Positions 27,084-28,363 of a DNA stretch of 28,363 nucleotides are shown piece after piece; positions within the stretch are counted from its first letter, which is position 1, and the number at the start of each line of letters is the position of its first letter. Position numbers and translations under genes: made by a program. The notes under the pieces are model-generated. The model was not told the DNA's origin and searched no databases. It saw only the letters and a program-made list of their open reading frames with translations. The stretch is from the NCBI GenBank assembly GCA_046482545.1, contig JAWOEX010000030.1, positions 1 through 28,363 on the forward strand, read 5' to 3'. Origin of the DNA: Candidatus Thorarchaeota archaeon. Lineage in GTDB: Archaea; Asgardarchaeota; Thorarchaeia; Thorarchaeales; Thorarchaeaceae.

Positions 27084-28363
27084 TTGAAAAAATTTACGAT
27101 CATAGCACTGGTGGCTATTCTATCATTTCATGTATTTTATAGCAACAATCGTGGGCTCCAAATCAATGATAGACCAGACATACCAAGTCTCGACTCAGAA
27201 GGTATCGACATAGTTGACAGGCAAGATAGCGATGGTGGCTCAAAACCCCTTCGCAGAAACACACTCTCCGATTCTGGTACCACAGGTGTTCTCAATCCTC
27301 TAGAGGTAGAGCAAACAGGCATCATCTCAACAGGGACCGTAAACGCAAGAACAGATACCAGCTTCAATACGAACACTACGCTGGGCATTGATACCGCCAA
27401 TAATTGGATGGCTAGCGAAGCGTCAGCAGATATCTGGAATCTTGAGAGGAGATATGCTGTAAATGGTACATTTGATGACGGGGTTCCCGGACAGTATATG
27501 GTGGTCAATGAATCACAAGTATACTATCCATATGGTTGGACAGCAAACAATGTTTCTACCGATACTGAACAGACACAGGTTGCAGGATACAGTGATGATG
27601 GGTTTGCTATACTGGAAAATCAAGGGAAAAAAATCGGACAGAGTGGAGTGCAATACGATCATGTAGCAGGAACCAAAGTCCTTTGGGAGCAGGATATAAC
27701 CAATGTGCCCTACACCAAGAACTTCACCTTCAATTTTAGATATCTGTAATCGAGAGGGCCATTAGACCGACCGGGTGGTGATGATCTTGGAGGTAATTGT
27801 TCACTGAGCGTGTTTGTTAATGGCTCTGTAGTATGGAATCAGAGCCTTCCATATGTTAGTGAGAGAGGTGCATGGATAGAGACTGGTGACATACCTATCA
27901 ATATAGCTGACGCAAATGACACGCTGGAATTTGCTATAGGTATTACAATAGACGAGACAATGAATCTAAATGCAGAGAAAGACTATGACGCCGATGACGT
28001 GGACGATGGGCTCGCTAACACAGTCTATATAACGGCGTATATAGATGATGTCTCATTCACTGGGCTCAACCCCCCCTCTTTTGAAGAGGTCGATTTTACA
28101 TTTCACGCAGGTAATGACACTACCCCAGCTACAGGCTCATCAGGAAACGGGAGTGCCACAATACCCAATACCGAGTATTGGTCAACAGACGAATTGGATA
28201 TTGCTTTTACTTCAAATGCCAGCATTTCATTCGACTACGAAGCGTTCTTACTTGAACACAGATTCCACAACTCAAGTTGGACAACAAGCATAGAAGAGGA
28301 AGGAGTAGAGTATACTATATATGACAATCAGAGTGCAGAACTTGGAGTACATACGTATGTGGG
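27084..28363 (+). pseudogene. Large secreted/surface protein, N-terminal part, with a single in-frame TAA at 27747-27749; runs off the window
   Basis: Signal peptide and T/N/D-rich beta-type sequence. After FRYL* the same frame stays open to the window end (SRGPLDRPGGDDLGGNCSLSVFVNG...GVHTYV). Confidence 0.65.

Noticed and set aside
388-28293. Numerous 60-200 aa ORFs overlapping the called genes on the opposite strand or in other frames
   Set aside because: Shadow ORFs of well-supported genes, with no recognisable motifs.
1-28363. CRISPR array, rRNA, intact transposase or integrase
   Set aside because: No regularly spaced repeats, rRNA-like sequence or recognisable transposase/recombinase ORF was seen.

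Overview
Archaeal genomic window, most likely from an Asgard archaeon (Thorarchaeia-like). This is inferred from a Rab-like GTPase, an LRR protein, a Regnase-type NYN nuclease, large membrane-anchored surface proteins and archaeal-style GGAGG/GGTGA ribosome-binding sites. Most of the window is metabolic or housekeeping genes: FAD-linked oxidase, short AlaRS, DUF47+PiT phosphate uptake, acyl-CoA dehydrogenase, SDRs, nitroreductase, and two putative cobalamin/Fe-S enzymes (RdhA-like and QueG-like). There are also decayed genes (korA/korB, a class II glutamine amidotransferase, and a surface protein with one in-frame TAA). The main discovery is a dispersed ~425-bp element present three times (1-188 partial, 16775-17198 complete, 25041-25600 rearranged) with no intact protein. 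It shows covarying stems, a kink-turn conserved in all three copies and a conserved 3' hairpin. The complete copy is inserted in korA between TCAAG direct repeats, and its removal restores the reading frame exactly. In the third copy the 5' domain is flipped by a 233-bp inversion bounded by CTCAAGA/TCTTGAG, which contains the same TCAAG core. It looks like a mobile structured RNA, plausibly an orphan TnpB/IS200-605-607-type omegaRNA, but that family assignment is inference and needs a search.
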